A stretch of DNA of 64,000 nucleotides from Pecten maximus (lineage: Eukaryota), in contig NC_047029.1 of assembly GCF_902652985.1 (NCBI RefSeq), positions 32,302,001 through 32,366,000 on the forward strand. The letters are read 5' to 3'. A program made the position numbers and the translations under genes. The notes under the pieces were generated by a model. That model did no database searches, was not told the DNA's origin, and was given only the letters and a program-made list of their open reading frames with translations. Numbering within the stretch: the first letter of the stretch is position 1; every line of letters starts with the position of its first letter. Positions 38,901-51,483 of the stretch are shown piece by piece.

Positions 38901-39489
38901 ATTAAAACCACTGTCGTACACCCCCAATGACTTGATGACACACATTACCTTATTGATTTGATGACACACTTTACCGTATTGATTTGATGATATACTTTAC
39001 CTTATTGATTTGATGATATACTTTACCTTATTGATTTGATGACACACTTTACCTTATTGATTTGATGACACACTTTACCTTATTGATTTGATGATATACT
39101 TTACCTTATTGATTTGATGACACACTTTACCTTATTGATTTTATGATATACTTTACCTTATTGATTTGATGATATACTTTACCTTATTGATTTGATGACA
39201 CACTTTACCTTATTGATTTTATGATATACTTTACCTTATTGATTTGATGATATACTTTACCTTATTGATTTGATGACACACTTTACCTTATTGATTTGAT
39301 GATATACTTTACCTTATTGATTTGATGATATACTTTACCTTATTGATTTGATGACACACTTTACCTTATTGATTTGATGATATACTTTACCTTTGCTAGA
39401 AGACACAGGGCGAGAATGACCAGCAGTAAGAAAATAACAGATGCGAACATGGCGATCTCGAATCTGTGATCATTCTTCATCGGTGACAT
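35955..39489 (-). CDS. uncharacterised single-pass membrane protein, ~171-181 aa from this ATG; exons 39489-39391, 37769 (or 37799)-37684, 36782-36686, 36188-35955
   Basis: GT-AG sites chain in phase 0,2,0; hydrophobic helix IAMFASVIFLLLVILALCLLA followed by a basic, Ser-rich tail ending ...KSLLNANQDK*. The true 5' end is uncertain (possible extra exons 39948-39846 and ~40895-40929). Confidence 0.65.
38400..38625. repeat. ~43-bp minisatellite, 5 copies (GGCACGCTTTTATAGTTTCATCACGCTGTAATAACACTTTATA)
   Basis: Direct. Confidence 0.9.
38929..39393. repeat. 26-bp minisatellite, ~18 copies (GATTTGATGA(C/T)A(C/T)ACTTTACCTTATT)
   Basis: Direct; its last unit overlaps the splice donor at 39389-39390. 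Confidence 0.97.
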
Positions 39490-41271
39490 CTTAACTGGGG
39501 GCTGTGCAAACAAATAGTGACGTTACAATTGCGCTCTTGTTCATTTTGAATCTACATTAACTAGATCTCAATTTCTTTGAAAGGTGCAAATATATCACGT
39601 GTGTTTTTGAACAATTCATTCAACAAATTAAACGACAAAGGTGATTATTGCGTTCACCTCAAAACGTGTATAAAAGCCCCAGTGTACTAAAATGTATACC
39701 ATAGAATTGAGAATACATGATAACATAGGTAGGGTAAGCCGAGTAATATCTACTAGTCTTGTTAAATCGGGAGCTCACAACATGTAAAACATGCATTAGT
39801 TTTGAAATGTCCTCCATTGAAAAGAAATATGCATTACCAAACTACCTGTACCAATCACATCTGTAGCCTTGTATTTCAGCTTGAAATTACGTAAATACTT
39901 TGAATTTGTAGAGGTTTCCCTCTTAAACTCGTTGATATTTATCGGATACTGCGGACAATGACTTTACTGATACCTTGTCATATCCGGCACGTTAAAGTGA
40001 CCCCTAACCCAATTAAGGTACTATGATATTTTTGTTTCATGATGTGTATTTTTTTATAATTATATCCAATAAACAAGTGACCAATTCAAAATTTTGATGC
40101 TAAATTTTATTGGCAAGAGGTTAACTGGGGCACGTATTGGATGTTTTTAGGTGGGGAAGGGAGTAAGTCGACATGTTGTTTTTTGGGTTTTTTTGTTTTT
40201 TGTTTTTTGGGGGGGTTTTTTGTTGGTTTTTTTTAGGGGGGGGGGGGGGGGTGTTAACCTAAAATTACTAAAATTACTTCGGATGTTTTTTATTTTCTAT
40301 TATATTTGCAAAACCATAGAATAAGGAATTTTGTGTATAGGTTATTTAGAGTGATAATACGAGGATTTGACTTGAATGGATTGGCAGTAGATATTCCATG
40401 ACTTTGGTGAACTGATGTTACGGCCATGGCATTTTTTTTAAATACAAAGTCTTATTCAAATAGCTTTAGACCAAAACAAATGAAGTTGGCGGGGCGGGAA
40501 TATCCGCTCCAACCCCAACCGCCCCCCACCGAAAAAATCACCCTCATATTATCACCAAATCAAAATGCACATATCCTTTTTCCATTATCGAAACCCTCAA
40601 AACGTAAACAAGCCTTAGGACTCTTACCAAATCCAAGTTTTCGTTAGTATTTTGACATTTAGAAGTAAATATATGCAAAAAAAGTATGAACAGGGGGTAT
40701 TATTTTGGTTCTGTCCTTTACAATCTCGTACAAAGGGAGATAAATACTACTCCCAGATTAACTACATGAAATATTGGTTTATATTTTCATGAATTTTTAG
40801 TATTCAGATCGACAAATATCATATATCGAGGTCATTTTTAACAAAATCATTATTCGCGGCGTTAATAGTGGATTAAAGAGTCGTTATTAGTTACCTTTTT
40901 CGTCGTTGCTGCTGGTGTATTCCAAACTCCTTAAACCGCAAAAATAACAAATGGTAATTTAATCACAAAAATATATTTTAAAGTTCAAAAATCTACACAG
41001 TGAACCTTATTTTGAAATTGATTTATCGCCAGATAAAAAAAAACCGTTGTTTTATTTTACTTCTTTTGCGATTGAGGTCCGATTAGTCACTAAAATGATG
41101 TTAAATTAGGCACACAAAGCAAATTGTTTTTGGTTTCCAGAATCTGCTAATTGAAATGCTGTTATCTAAACAACAGTTGACTCGATGAGTTGTTACTGTA
41201 AAATCTCTTGTCAATATTAAACGGTAACATTAAACTCATTTAAAACATTATCAATATTTCATCTTGCTGTG

Positions 41272-41512
41272 TCATTTCATTTGTCTGTTTACCCATGAAC
41301 TGAGGATCTGGATCGTTTCCCGTAGGAGTTGCACCAGTTGTTCGTGTATCTTTGAAAATACTTCCTCTGTTTTTCCCTGTCAGTGGATTTGAACAAAGCA
41401 AAAATATGTTACGAGAAACTGGTAACATAAGCATCGGTTGATAAAATAGTTATAACATGTTCAGTCGCAGGAAGTTTTTTACTTACCACAAACACAATAT
41501 CGACTATCAAAT
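41272..41512 (-). CDS. duplicated last two exons (41512-41487, 41376-41272) of the 45132-51483 gene; alternative 3' end or paralogue remnant
   Basis: 41187-41525 aligns with 45046-45388; splice sites, 26-nt micro-exon, frame and TGA retained (DLIVDIVFV|GKTEEVFSKIHEQLVQLLRETIQILSSWVNRQMK*). Confidence 0.55.
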
Positions 41513-41525
41513 CTAGAAAATTTCT

Positions 41526-42500
41526 GACAATGAGATTCAATTTCAAATAAATGACCAACTTTTTCTGGAAACACTTCTGTTTGAAATTAGGGGCAAAACT
41601 ATCTCTTACTCTTCTTTTCAGAAAAAACAGTCACATATACATGAAAATCAATTTATAGAGTCAATTAAATTGCTAGAAGCCCAAGACAATATTGATTTTG
41701 AACAAGTAGAGGCGAAAAAACGGGAATTAGAAACAGAATGAAAGGAAGTCGTTTTGATCAAATGCTAAGTGGGTTGAAGAAGGGGAGAAGCCTAAAAAAT
41801 TAAAAAAAAAAAAAAACAGAAATTTCATTTCAAAAATAATTTCTAAGGTGGAAAAAGATGATGGAGAAATTATAAGAGATCACGCAGATATTTTAAATGA
41901 AATAAAGTTATTTTATGAAAAGTTAATCTCAAGAGAAAGTTACATTGAGGAGGTAAATCTAGATGCTATTTTAAATAGTGTAGTGGAGTTGATATATGTA
42001 AATGGGTTAAAAGATTACATGCAGAAACTGTCTCTTCCATAAATCAGGGTGGCAATCTATCAAAAACTTTTAGTATTAAAAGATGTTGTCGTCAAGGCGA
42101 TCCGATCCGAATTTAATGTGGATTTGAATCAAATTCCTAAATTGAATTATGACAAAGAACTAGTAAAACTGAAGTCATTATTTAAAATATGGAATAGAAG
42201 GTTTTTGACACCTATAGGGAGAATCCATATAATCAAGTCCCTCCTTATTTCTCAGTTTAATCATCTTTTTATTACTTTACCAAATCCTGATAATATATTC
42301 ATCAAGAAACTGAATATAGAAATTTATCATTTCTTATGGAACAGTTCATCACACAAGATAAAAAGATATGTAATTATTAAGAACTATAGTAAAGGGGTCT
42401 GAAAATGATACACTCACAATCTTTTATTGATTCATTAAAGCTTACATGGATTCGACGACTGTTTGCAAGTAATGGGAAATGGCAGGCAATTTTTTATATA
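41526..42500 (+). mobile_element. internally deleted L1/Tx1-type LINE ORF2 remnant
   Basis: Peptide pieces INDQLFLETLLFEIRGKTISYS, KWVEEGEKP, CRQGDP, WNRRFLTPIGRIHIIKSLLISQFNHLFITLPNP; frameshifts and large deletions. Confidence 0.85.
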
Positions 42501-42504
42501 AACT

Positions 42505-44940
42505 TTATTTTATTCGTTCAATTCATACATATACAATATACAATCATACAATCATAATTTGAATGGGATTCGGAAACAAGTGTAAGACTTATATTAATCC
42601 GTCTCCTTTTATGACACATTAAGTAAACGGCAGCAAGTGGGAGAATACATAAGTGAGCAATGTAATACTTGTATAGATGAAAAATGGGGAAATTCGGAAA
42701 AGCGGAGAGATGAAAAGACTAGAAGAAAAAGATTAGAGAGGAATTGTATGCCATGACATGAGATATACAATCTGCTGTGTACTGGACAAGAAAAAAAACA
42801 ATCATTCAAATCTTTTAGAAATAGTTATAAATTCTTGAACACTGGAAAAAAATCAAAAGATTTTCATCATACGCAAGTTCGCTATCACCAAAGAGTAGTA
42901 TTTCAGTTGATAAGGGATAGTTTAGAGCACTAAAACAACGTAAGCGAAACTGCGCGAAAAGTGGACAACGTAATAGGAAATGTTCATTTGGTCCCACCTT
43001 CTTGATTACACGTGCATAGAGGACTATCTATAAGATTTTTATGAAATAGATAAAATTTTAGTGGACTGCACTCCATCCTCAATCTAGCATGGTGAATCTG
43101 ACCCAGTCTAATACCGCTAAGGAAATAATGTGGAACTTTGTGGCGTGGTTTATTTAAATAACTTTTCAATTTATGGACGGATCACTTTTTATTGCATCTG
43201 GCAAGGAATTCCACAAAGGGATTACAGGTGGCAGAAAGGATTTCATGTAGAGACTTGTGCGACAAGGAGGAGGGCGAAAGTTATTTCCAACACTAGTATT
43301 GTGATCATGAATGCTATTGTTACGCTGAGAAAGAATTTTTTGTAGATACTGAGGAAGCCGACCGGGAACTATTTTATGGAAATGAATTATTTTGTGGTGT
43401 TTGGGTCTTTGCTCTAAGGGAAGCCAGACTGTTTCAAGATAAAGTTTTACTCTACTTGTGAGTTTAGTTCCGCCAGTAACTATACGCGCTGCCTCTAATT
43501 GGAGATTTTCTAGCATGTCAGACTGAGTTTTTTGTAAGGTTATCCCAGACAATATTCCCATATTCAGATATAGGTCGGATAAGAGTAAAATACAGAGTTT
43601 GAAGGAAAGTACGATCTAAAGTAAATTTGAATCTGCGTAAAATATTTAACTTTGGTGAAACCTTAGATTTGGTCAAGTTGATATTATCAGTCCAACCGCC
43701 ATTGTTGGACAAAATCCAACCGAGATGCCTATGTGAACTTACCTCAGAAAGCAAAATATTCTTCATGTATAGAGGAGGATGAATAAGGGAATTAGTCTTT
43801 TTGGATATTAATAGGGTTTCCGTTTTAGTAGGATTGAAGTTAACCAACCAATTCGCTGACCATTCATGAATTTTACGAAGATCGAAATTCAAACCGACTG
43901 TACTAATCCTAGGTGAGTCGATAATGACATACAAAGAGGTGTCATCTGCAAATAATTTTATATAAGCTCGTATGTCTTTCAGAGTGTCATTTATAAATAA
44001 GAGAAACAAAAGGAGGCCCAATATCGAACCTTGGGGAACCCAAGCCTTAATTTCAGACCAATTAGAAAATGTTCCGTTGATAACAACTCTTTGTTTACGA
44101 TTGTAGAGGTAATTTTCTTCACCATGGTCTAAAGCAGAGTAAATATCATGAGTGATAGCAAGAAGTTGACTAACGGGTGAGTCACCGTGTCTAAATCCAG
44201 ATTGGTGGGGAGATAGTAGCGAGTGGGCATGCAAAAAATTGTGAACATATTCTAAAATGCATCGTTCCATCAATTTTCCAACAAGAGATAATAAGGATAT
44301 CGGTGTATAGTTTGTTAAGATAGACTTATTTTCTTTTTTATGCACAGGGGTTACATAAGCAGATTTCCATTCTGTTGGGAAAATACCAGATGTTAGAGAT
44401 AGGTTAAACAGTGAGCTTAAGGGCTTACAGATAATGTCAACAGATTCTTTAAGCAATCGAGGATTGACAAGGTCGGGGCCAATGGCTAGATTTAATATAG
44501 CGTCTTTTACATCAGTAGCAGTGATATGTATATTAGAAAGAGTGTGGTTACATTCGTAATTAATCTTTGGAAGTTCAGAGTTTGAGTCATCAATAGTTGA
44601 CTGGGCACAGAAAAATTCGTTGAACAGGGAAGCCTTTTCGAAATCATCTGAAACTATAGTGTCATTGTGAAGAAGTGGTGGTATCGGGGATTTTCTATAA
44701 TTTGGCAATAATGAGTACACAGTTTTCCACCACTTCCTCACATTGAGATTAGATGGTTTCTTGAGTGTACCACAGAGATTGTTAATCTATGCGATTTTTG
44801 CATGTTTAATAGTGTTAATGCATTTATTACTAATTAGACGGAATTTAGTCCAATGATCATTGATAAGTGTACGTTTGGCTCTTTTGTGTGCACGTTTCCA
44901 TTTTCTAATTAGTCTTCAAATTTCATTATGCATCCATAAT
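42505..44940 (-). mobile_element. 5'-truncated CR1/L2-type LINE (reverse transcriptase pseudogene)
   Basis: RT motifs GPDLVNPRLLK, QSGFR, VPQGSILG, LFADDT in 43518-44741; frameshifted C-terminal pieces (EAARIVTG, HARLRMEC, EHFLLRCP); AATAAA-like tail near 42505. Confidence 0.92.
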
Positions 44941-45131
44941 AATTTTCACAGGTAAAAATGTAATAGAATTATTATGACTTAGTGGTGCTTTTCAGTAAGA
45001 GTTATTGCCCTTTGATATTTCTATCTTTGACTTATCGTATCGATAAGTTGTTGCCGTAAAATATCTTGTCAATATTATACGGTAAAATAAAAAGTATTTA
45101 AAACTTTATCAATATTTTCTCTCTTGCTGTG

Positions 45132-45443
45132 TCATTTCATTTGTCGGTTTACCTGTGAACTGGGGATCTTGATTTTGTCCCGTATGAGTTGCTCCAGTTG
45201 TTCGTGTATCTTTGGAAGCACTTCCTCCGGGTTTCCCTGTCAGTGGATTTGGAAAAAGCAAAACAGAATAGGTTATGACAAGCTGGTTACCACAGCATCG
45301 GTTAATAAAATACTTATACCATTTCAATACGCAGGAAGTTTTTTACTTACCGCAAACACAATATCGACTATCAAATCTAGAAAATTTCTTGGTTACATAT
45401 ACTCGTATGGCCGTGCATACACGTCATTTCTCCGTTTGGTTTT

Positions 45444-45474
<31 letters not shown>

Positions 45475-48400
45475 GGGGTTTGTGTGTGTGTGTTATTTTA
45501 AGACAACTGATTCTGAAATTAAGAACCAATTCAATACATCCGCTAAAAGATAAACGGCGGTCTGTATTTTGGGTAGGCCAAAATGTCTGAAGGACAAAAG
45601 AAGATTACAGACTTGTTCGGCCCTTCACCTCGCCAGGACTTGTTGAGCTATGAACCTAAATCCTCTGGGTCAGAATTTTTAACTCAAGATCCAAAGCATC
45701 TACCAGAACTTGACCTAGTCAATGTGGTATTATAGCCCCGATACGTACAAAACACAACTACTAACTGGGACATGGGACACATCTCTTCTTCAAGGTACAC
45801 AACACAACTACTAACTGGGACATGGGACACATCTCTTCTTCAAGGTACAAAACACAACTGCTAACTGGGACATGGGACACATCTCTTCTTTAAGGTACAA
45901 AACACAACTACTAACTTGGACATGGGACACATCTCTTCTTCAAGGTACACAACACAACTACTAACTGGGACATGGGACACATCTCTTCTTCAAGGTACAA
46001 AACACAACTGCTAACTGGGACATGGGACACATCTCTTCTTTAAGGTAAAAAGCACAACTACTAACTGGGACATGGGACACATCTCTTCTTCAAGGTACAA
46101 AACACAACTACTAACTGGGACATGGGACATATCTCTTCTTCAAGGTACAAAACACAACTACTCACTGGGACATGGGACACATCTCTTCTTCAAGGTACAA
46201 AACACAACTACTAACTGGGACATGGGACACATCTCTTCTTCAAGGTACACAACACAACTACTAACTGGGACATGGGACACATCTCTTCTTCAAGGTACAA
46301 AACACAACTACTAACTGGGACATGGGACATATCTCTTCTTCAAGGTACAAAACACAACTACTAACTGGGACATGGGACACATCTCTTCTTCAAGGTACAC
46401 AAAACAACTACTAACTGGGACATGGGACATCTCTTCTTCAAGGTACACAACACAACTACTAACTGGGACATGGGACACATCTCTTCTTAAAGGTACAAAA
46501 CACAACTACTAACGGGGACATGGGACATATCTCTTCTTTAAGGTACAAAACACAACTATTAACTGGGACACGGGACATATCTCTTAAAGGTACAAAATTT
46601 AACTATCTAGCCAAAGATTGAAATACTGTTACGCAATACCATACATGTATATGTCATAACAGATTGGGTTGTGTAATAGCCTTTATGATCACCGATACAT
46701 TTCTGTACCGTGGCTACCATACTATTGGTGTTAATTAGATATACATGTATTTCTGTACCGTAGTTACCATTTCTTGCTGTTAATTAGATATACATGTATT
46801 TCTGTACCGTGGTTACCATCTATTGGTGTTAATTATATATATTTCTGTACCGTGGTTACCATTTCTTGGTGTTAATTATATATATTTCTGTACCGTGGTT
46901 ACCATCTATTGGTGTTAATTATATATATTTCTGTACCGTGGTTACCATTTAAAGATGTTAATTAGATATATTTCTGAACCGTGGTTACCATTTATAGATG
47001 TTAATTAGATATATTTCTGTACGGAGGATGCCATTTTATGCATTTTATTTTTTTTTTATTTTTATTTTTTTTTTTTGAGAAGCACTGAATACGCTGTCGG
47101 TGTTTGGCATCTTTTAAAGGTCAGATATCAACCTTTTGTGAACAGGAAATATTTTAGAGTGGAAATCATAACTCAGTGACAAACCTGTCTGGGTGCCTTC
47201 TAGTTTCCTTATCAGGTTAATGATGTCACGTACGGCACTCAACATCCTGACTTTGGCTTCTCGTTTCTCCGATTCGTCTGTTATTTTTTCAATGCGAGAA
47301 TTCTCATTTTGTATTTCCCGCACAAAATTGTTAATAGAATACCCTCTTCCGGTAGTGTCTCGCGAATGACGTATCTTCGCATCTGTGTGAGGAAAACATA
47401 TATATATATTGTAAAATATGTAACCGTGTCAAATTTTTCACCAGAAAAGACAAAGAATTCATTATCGCTTATTATATTCAATAATAGTATCATACTTTCG
47501 TTTTACCGATAAGATTAATGTTGACGAGGGGGATATAACTCCGTTAAGACACAATTTGAATTAAGGTATGATTAGAATTTGTTATTTAACGGACATGTTG
47601 TAAATCAATTAGTTTCTGATTTGTTAGAGTCATATATGACCTAGGTACATTATAATTACAATCAATTATCAACCATACACGATTTACCACAAGTTTCCAG
47701 GGAGTACAGTAGACATTTAGAATTATCCGGGACCGAGCTGTATCCGGGATGACTTAAAACATCTGACCACTCACAGCTGCATGTGTCAGTCGCATCATCT
47801 AATCTACAACAAAATCAAACGCAACATTAGCAGAAAATATGTCTTTGGTTCATGGTGTATTTACATTTTGGTATATTTACCATTTCCGTGTAACAGGAGA
47901 GGGGAAATGCAGCGGCCAGGCCGGGATTCTAACCCGGGACCTCCGACTGTAGACTGTTGACTACTTGGCCACCGGCGCCCAGCCAAGTCCATTTCCACCA
48001 CAACAAAGCCTTCGACCCCGAAGACACATACGAGACCCTATACCTCCTCGTTGGGTATTGAGTTAGACGTCAGATATAACAGGAGAGGGAAAATGCAATA
48101 ACCAGACCGGGACTCGAACCCGGTACCTTCGAAATCTAGACGGACTCTTTAACCTTTTGAGTTACCTGGCCAACGGTACCAAGTCCAATTCCGCTAAATC
48201 TATATGTTTATAGTAATACTGTACTATGTAGGGTAGCCAGGTGGCACATTGGTAACATCTAAGCGGCCAGGGCTCGATTCCCGGATTGGGCACGAAAAGG
48301 AATGTGGTCAGTTGCTCTAACACGTGGGCTTTCTCCGCATACTCCACAGGAATACTCCTCGCGCGCTTCCATCCGAGACAAAAATAGTTGTTATATAATT

Positions 48401-51400
48401 TGTTTTACAATTGTTTTAAGATAGATAAAGTTTACAATACTATAGTAACACTCCTTCCCTACCATCATACCTCTATATCAGCAAAGGATATCTTGACATT
48501 TTGTATATATTTTCCATTTCTCTGTGGTAACACTCCTGCTTCCTAGTTTAAACATATTTTATTTGAAAACATTTCAAAAGGAATTGGACACAAGTTTTAC
48601 AACTTATAATTGTCCTCTTCCATAAACATGAATATAATGGTATTAACAAATGGCAGCATTTACGATACAATATAATGATATTTTACACATAGATGTTCTA
48701 TATATATATAAAAGAACACAACATTAATATTTATTGGTTGAAACAACGACGTGTGCCATACCAGTTACCAAAATTACAATAGTGTTATGGCTATTAAGTA
48801 AATGATCATGACATAATATTAATAAGTAAACATAAAACAAAATGTACAATATGGTAATAAAAATGTTGGTTTACATGTACTATCAACAATATAGTTTCGA
48901 TATATATAGTCTATCGATGTTATATATATCAGTATTTTGCATAATATATATGTCATATATAATTTATTTTGCACAAATTGATATAGGAGTTGTATAGTCT
49001 ATTGTTCATGACTTACAATTATGACATAAATGACATCAGATTAATAAAAACGGTTAGTATTTTTTATATATTCTTGAACAATCAACCGTATATTGTCATT
49101 GTCAATTTGACTAAGTCTATCTGATCCATTAAGTATCAGATTTAGATCTATATGGACATTAAATACAGACAATTTCCTCAAAAACATGACACGATGATCG
49201 TTATATTGGTCACATTGTAAAAAAAATATGTAGCGCATTTTCCAAGGGAAATGAACAATTACATGAAGGGTTCAGAGTTAAATTAATTTTAAAAAGGTCT
49301 GAATTTAATGAGCTACATCCATGTCGAAGTCTAGTGTGAAAGACATCAAGTTTTCTGTCACCAACTCCTAGTCTTATTGCTACAGGTATTTTTCGTTTTA
49401 TTTGTCTTTTAAAGTTTGCTATTGTTTCTGAAGATCTTACAGTGATGTCTAAAGAATTCCATGTTTTTACTGTGCTGGGAAGAAATGATTTTTCATATAG
49501 AGACAGACGACATCTAGGTGGTACATAATCTTGGTTATTTCTCAAGTTGTAAGTAGTATTTTCATTAACTCTGTTGGGCAAAAGGTCGTTCAAATAAGAT
49601 GGCGCCATATTATAGTGCATTTTATAGAATAATAAAAGTTTTTTTCTGCTTTCGCCTTTCTAATAGTGTTTCCCACCCGGTTTCTATATATAGCGACTGT
49701 CTACTTGTAAATTAGGTTAAACCTGTGACAATTCTAGCTGCTTCTAGCTGAATTTTCTCTAACTTGTCAGTATCTGAGTTGTTACACCCATCCCATAATT
49801 CACCTGCTTCCCAATATACAGTGTGCATTCATTCGATATTCAACGGCATGTTCCTAATATAATGACTTTCTGGATAAATGTCGACTGCTGGTGGGGAAAT
49901 GTTACACTGTTTACCGAAAATATTAAATTATGCAAAAAAACCAATGACCGAGCGAAAACATGCTAGAAGGAAAACAGCACAAGAGTCCGCCCAAAAAAAG
50001 AGGGGGAGGGAGCGATTTTGACAAAGACAGCACCCGCATATATCTTAAGGAGAAAAGATAGATCAATGGAATGTCATCAAAGAAGAAAACGGAGAAGCCC
50101 TCATCTTACTGGGTGGATGAAAGTCTACGTTCTGTGCGCCATGCCCGGAATAGGAACGGTTCCCTATACCTAGTACTTTATTTTTGAGAGATGAATATCT
50201 GTAGCTCTGTAATTGCCATCCCGGTCTATTTATATGAAATTCTTTACCTGGTCAAACTGGACACTATTATGTCCCAAAAACTTTGTGAAAGTAGGAACGG
50301 ACATCTGGAAGAACCAGTAACTACAATATAACTATTTAACTGGCACACCTCTCATTTATGGATTAGAATTTTACATAGGAATATGGCAGCCTTCTAGTCC
50401 GAATCTACCTACATGTAGAATGAATCATTCATTATTGTCCGACCGGTGACGTAAAGCGCGTGCTTGCAAGGTCGAACTCCAATCTAAATGTAATTAAAAT
50501 AAGACTTGTAATTTCCACTTCTCTACGATACACTGCAATGCAAGTACTTGTATTGCAGTGTATCGTAGAGGAACGGAAATTACAAGTCTAATTTTAATTA
50601 GATTGGGTCGAAATCATGTAGGTACACCACTAGCTATCATGTTACACGTGTGTGAATGAGATCGGGAGGTCAATAGATATTGATTGGTAAGTGACCCTTG
50701 GTTGTCGTAATATACTTACGGTCTTTTGGTAAGTTCGACGCATGGCTCCAATAATAAAAGCGACTCACAGAGACGCCTACCTTCCTCCGATAACGGACAC
50801 TTTGGAAAACATGGGACAGGACCAGTCGCTTCTTCATATCCCGGAACATATCCAAGAAATAATACCAAAAGGAGCCTGTAGCAGATTTTCATGACAAGCT
50901 TCCAATTCCCATCCTAATCATTGCGCTAGAAAATATACATATTTATATATATGTGTATGTATGTATTTATAAATCTGAGGTCGAAGAAAAAAATTGAAAC
51001 AGTCGCATGCAAATATAGACTAACTATCATTATTATGTTATGTTATGAAAAGCATCGACACGATAAGAAGATTGTACGAAGCAAAATTGAGACGTCATGA
51101 TGAACGTTATTTCGTTTGTAGCTTGACCTTTCACCTTACCGGAAATCAGCAATACACTGGTTATATCAATTTTACAAATGCTTACCTGTGAGATCGACGT
51201 GAAAAATTGTGTGTAAACAAGATGTGACGTTTTGATCATAAATGATGACGTCATCAACAATGAGCGCCTCCACGAATAACGCCAACCATTGCGCCAGTTT
51301 TTCCTGCATTGTTCCTCCGATAGTTCTTTTTATCTTCAGAATGCGTGTGTTTGCCGATAGAATCAAAGATTTTTCTGTGACATAATGTGACGACATTTTA

Positions 51401-51483
51401 GGTACGTTTGTATCCTTTCTTGGTGTCCCTTCTTCGTACCATGAATCTGGTAGCGATGACTCTCCTCCAGGCGCTACGATTCG
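45132..51483 (-). CDS. uncharacterised protein (~277 aa from ATG 51396; may extend 5'); exons 51483-51186, 50875-50720, 50247-50110, 47382-47185, 45376-45351, 45236-45132
   Basis: GT-AG boundaries chain in phase 1,1,1,1,0 with no stops; three exons coincide with ORF-track fragments; stop position conserved in the duplicate 3' end. The symmetric 138-nt exon 50247-50110 is the least certain. No family recognised. Confidence 0.65.
45745..46597. repeat. 50-bp minisatellite, ~17 copies (CAAGGTACAAAACACAACTACTAACTGGGACATGGGACACATCTCTTCTT)
   Basis: Direct; intronic. Confidence 0.97.
46698..47023. repeat. ~42-50-bp minisatellite, ~8 copies (ATTTCTGTACCGTGGTTACCAT...TGTTAATTA)
   Basis: Direct. Confidence 0.92.
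47892..48185 (-). repeat. two tandem degenerate tRNA-like/SINE-head units (~187-bp spacing)
   Basis: ACAGGAGAGGG(G/A)AAATGCA...CCGGGA(T/C)TC(T/G)AACCCGG repeated; reverse-complement B-box; no intact cloverleaf. Confidence 0.55.
48555..49810 (-). mobile_element. 3' fragment of a CR1/L2-type LINE
   Basis: LEAARIVTG, APSYLNDLLP, TYNLRN, SFLPSTVKTWNSL, HTRLRHGCSSLN...CNC; same domain order as 42815-43561. Confidence 0.88.
50491..50600. repeat. 110-bp spacer-less imperfect palindrome
   Basis: Centred on CAAGTACTTG (50541-50550); arms CTCTACGATACACTGCAAT / ATTGCAGTGTATCGTAGAG, extending to TAATTAAAAT / ATTTTAATTA. Confidence 0.9.

Noticed and set aside
43518-44741. Active or domesticated reverse transcriptase (retron/DGR-like system)
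   Set aside because: Ordinary LINE RT with internal deletions, frameshifts and 5' truncation.
41240-45376. Defensin/myticin-like end (FDSRYCVCG + propeptide) in the ORF-track frame of the duplicated exons
   Set aside because: Phase incompatible with the upstream exon and stops differ between copies; the other frame has a conserved stop.
45453-45478. Poly-G tracts (also ~27519-27541, 40236-40251, 59918-59932)
   Set aside because: Simple homopolymers of unreliable length; no supporting context.
47892-48360. Additional functional tRNA genes
   Set aside because: Only B-box-like remnants; stems do not pair.
50110-50408. Three mini-exons (50408-50375, 50304-50248, 50198-50110)
   Set aside because: Needs a 49-nt intron; the single exon 50247-50110 is simpler.
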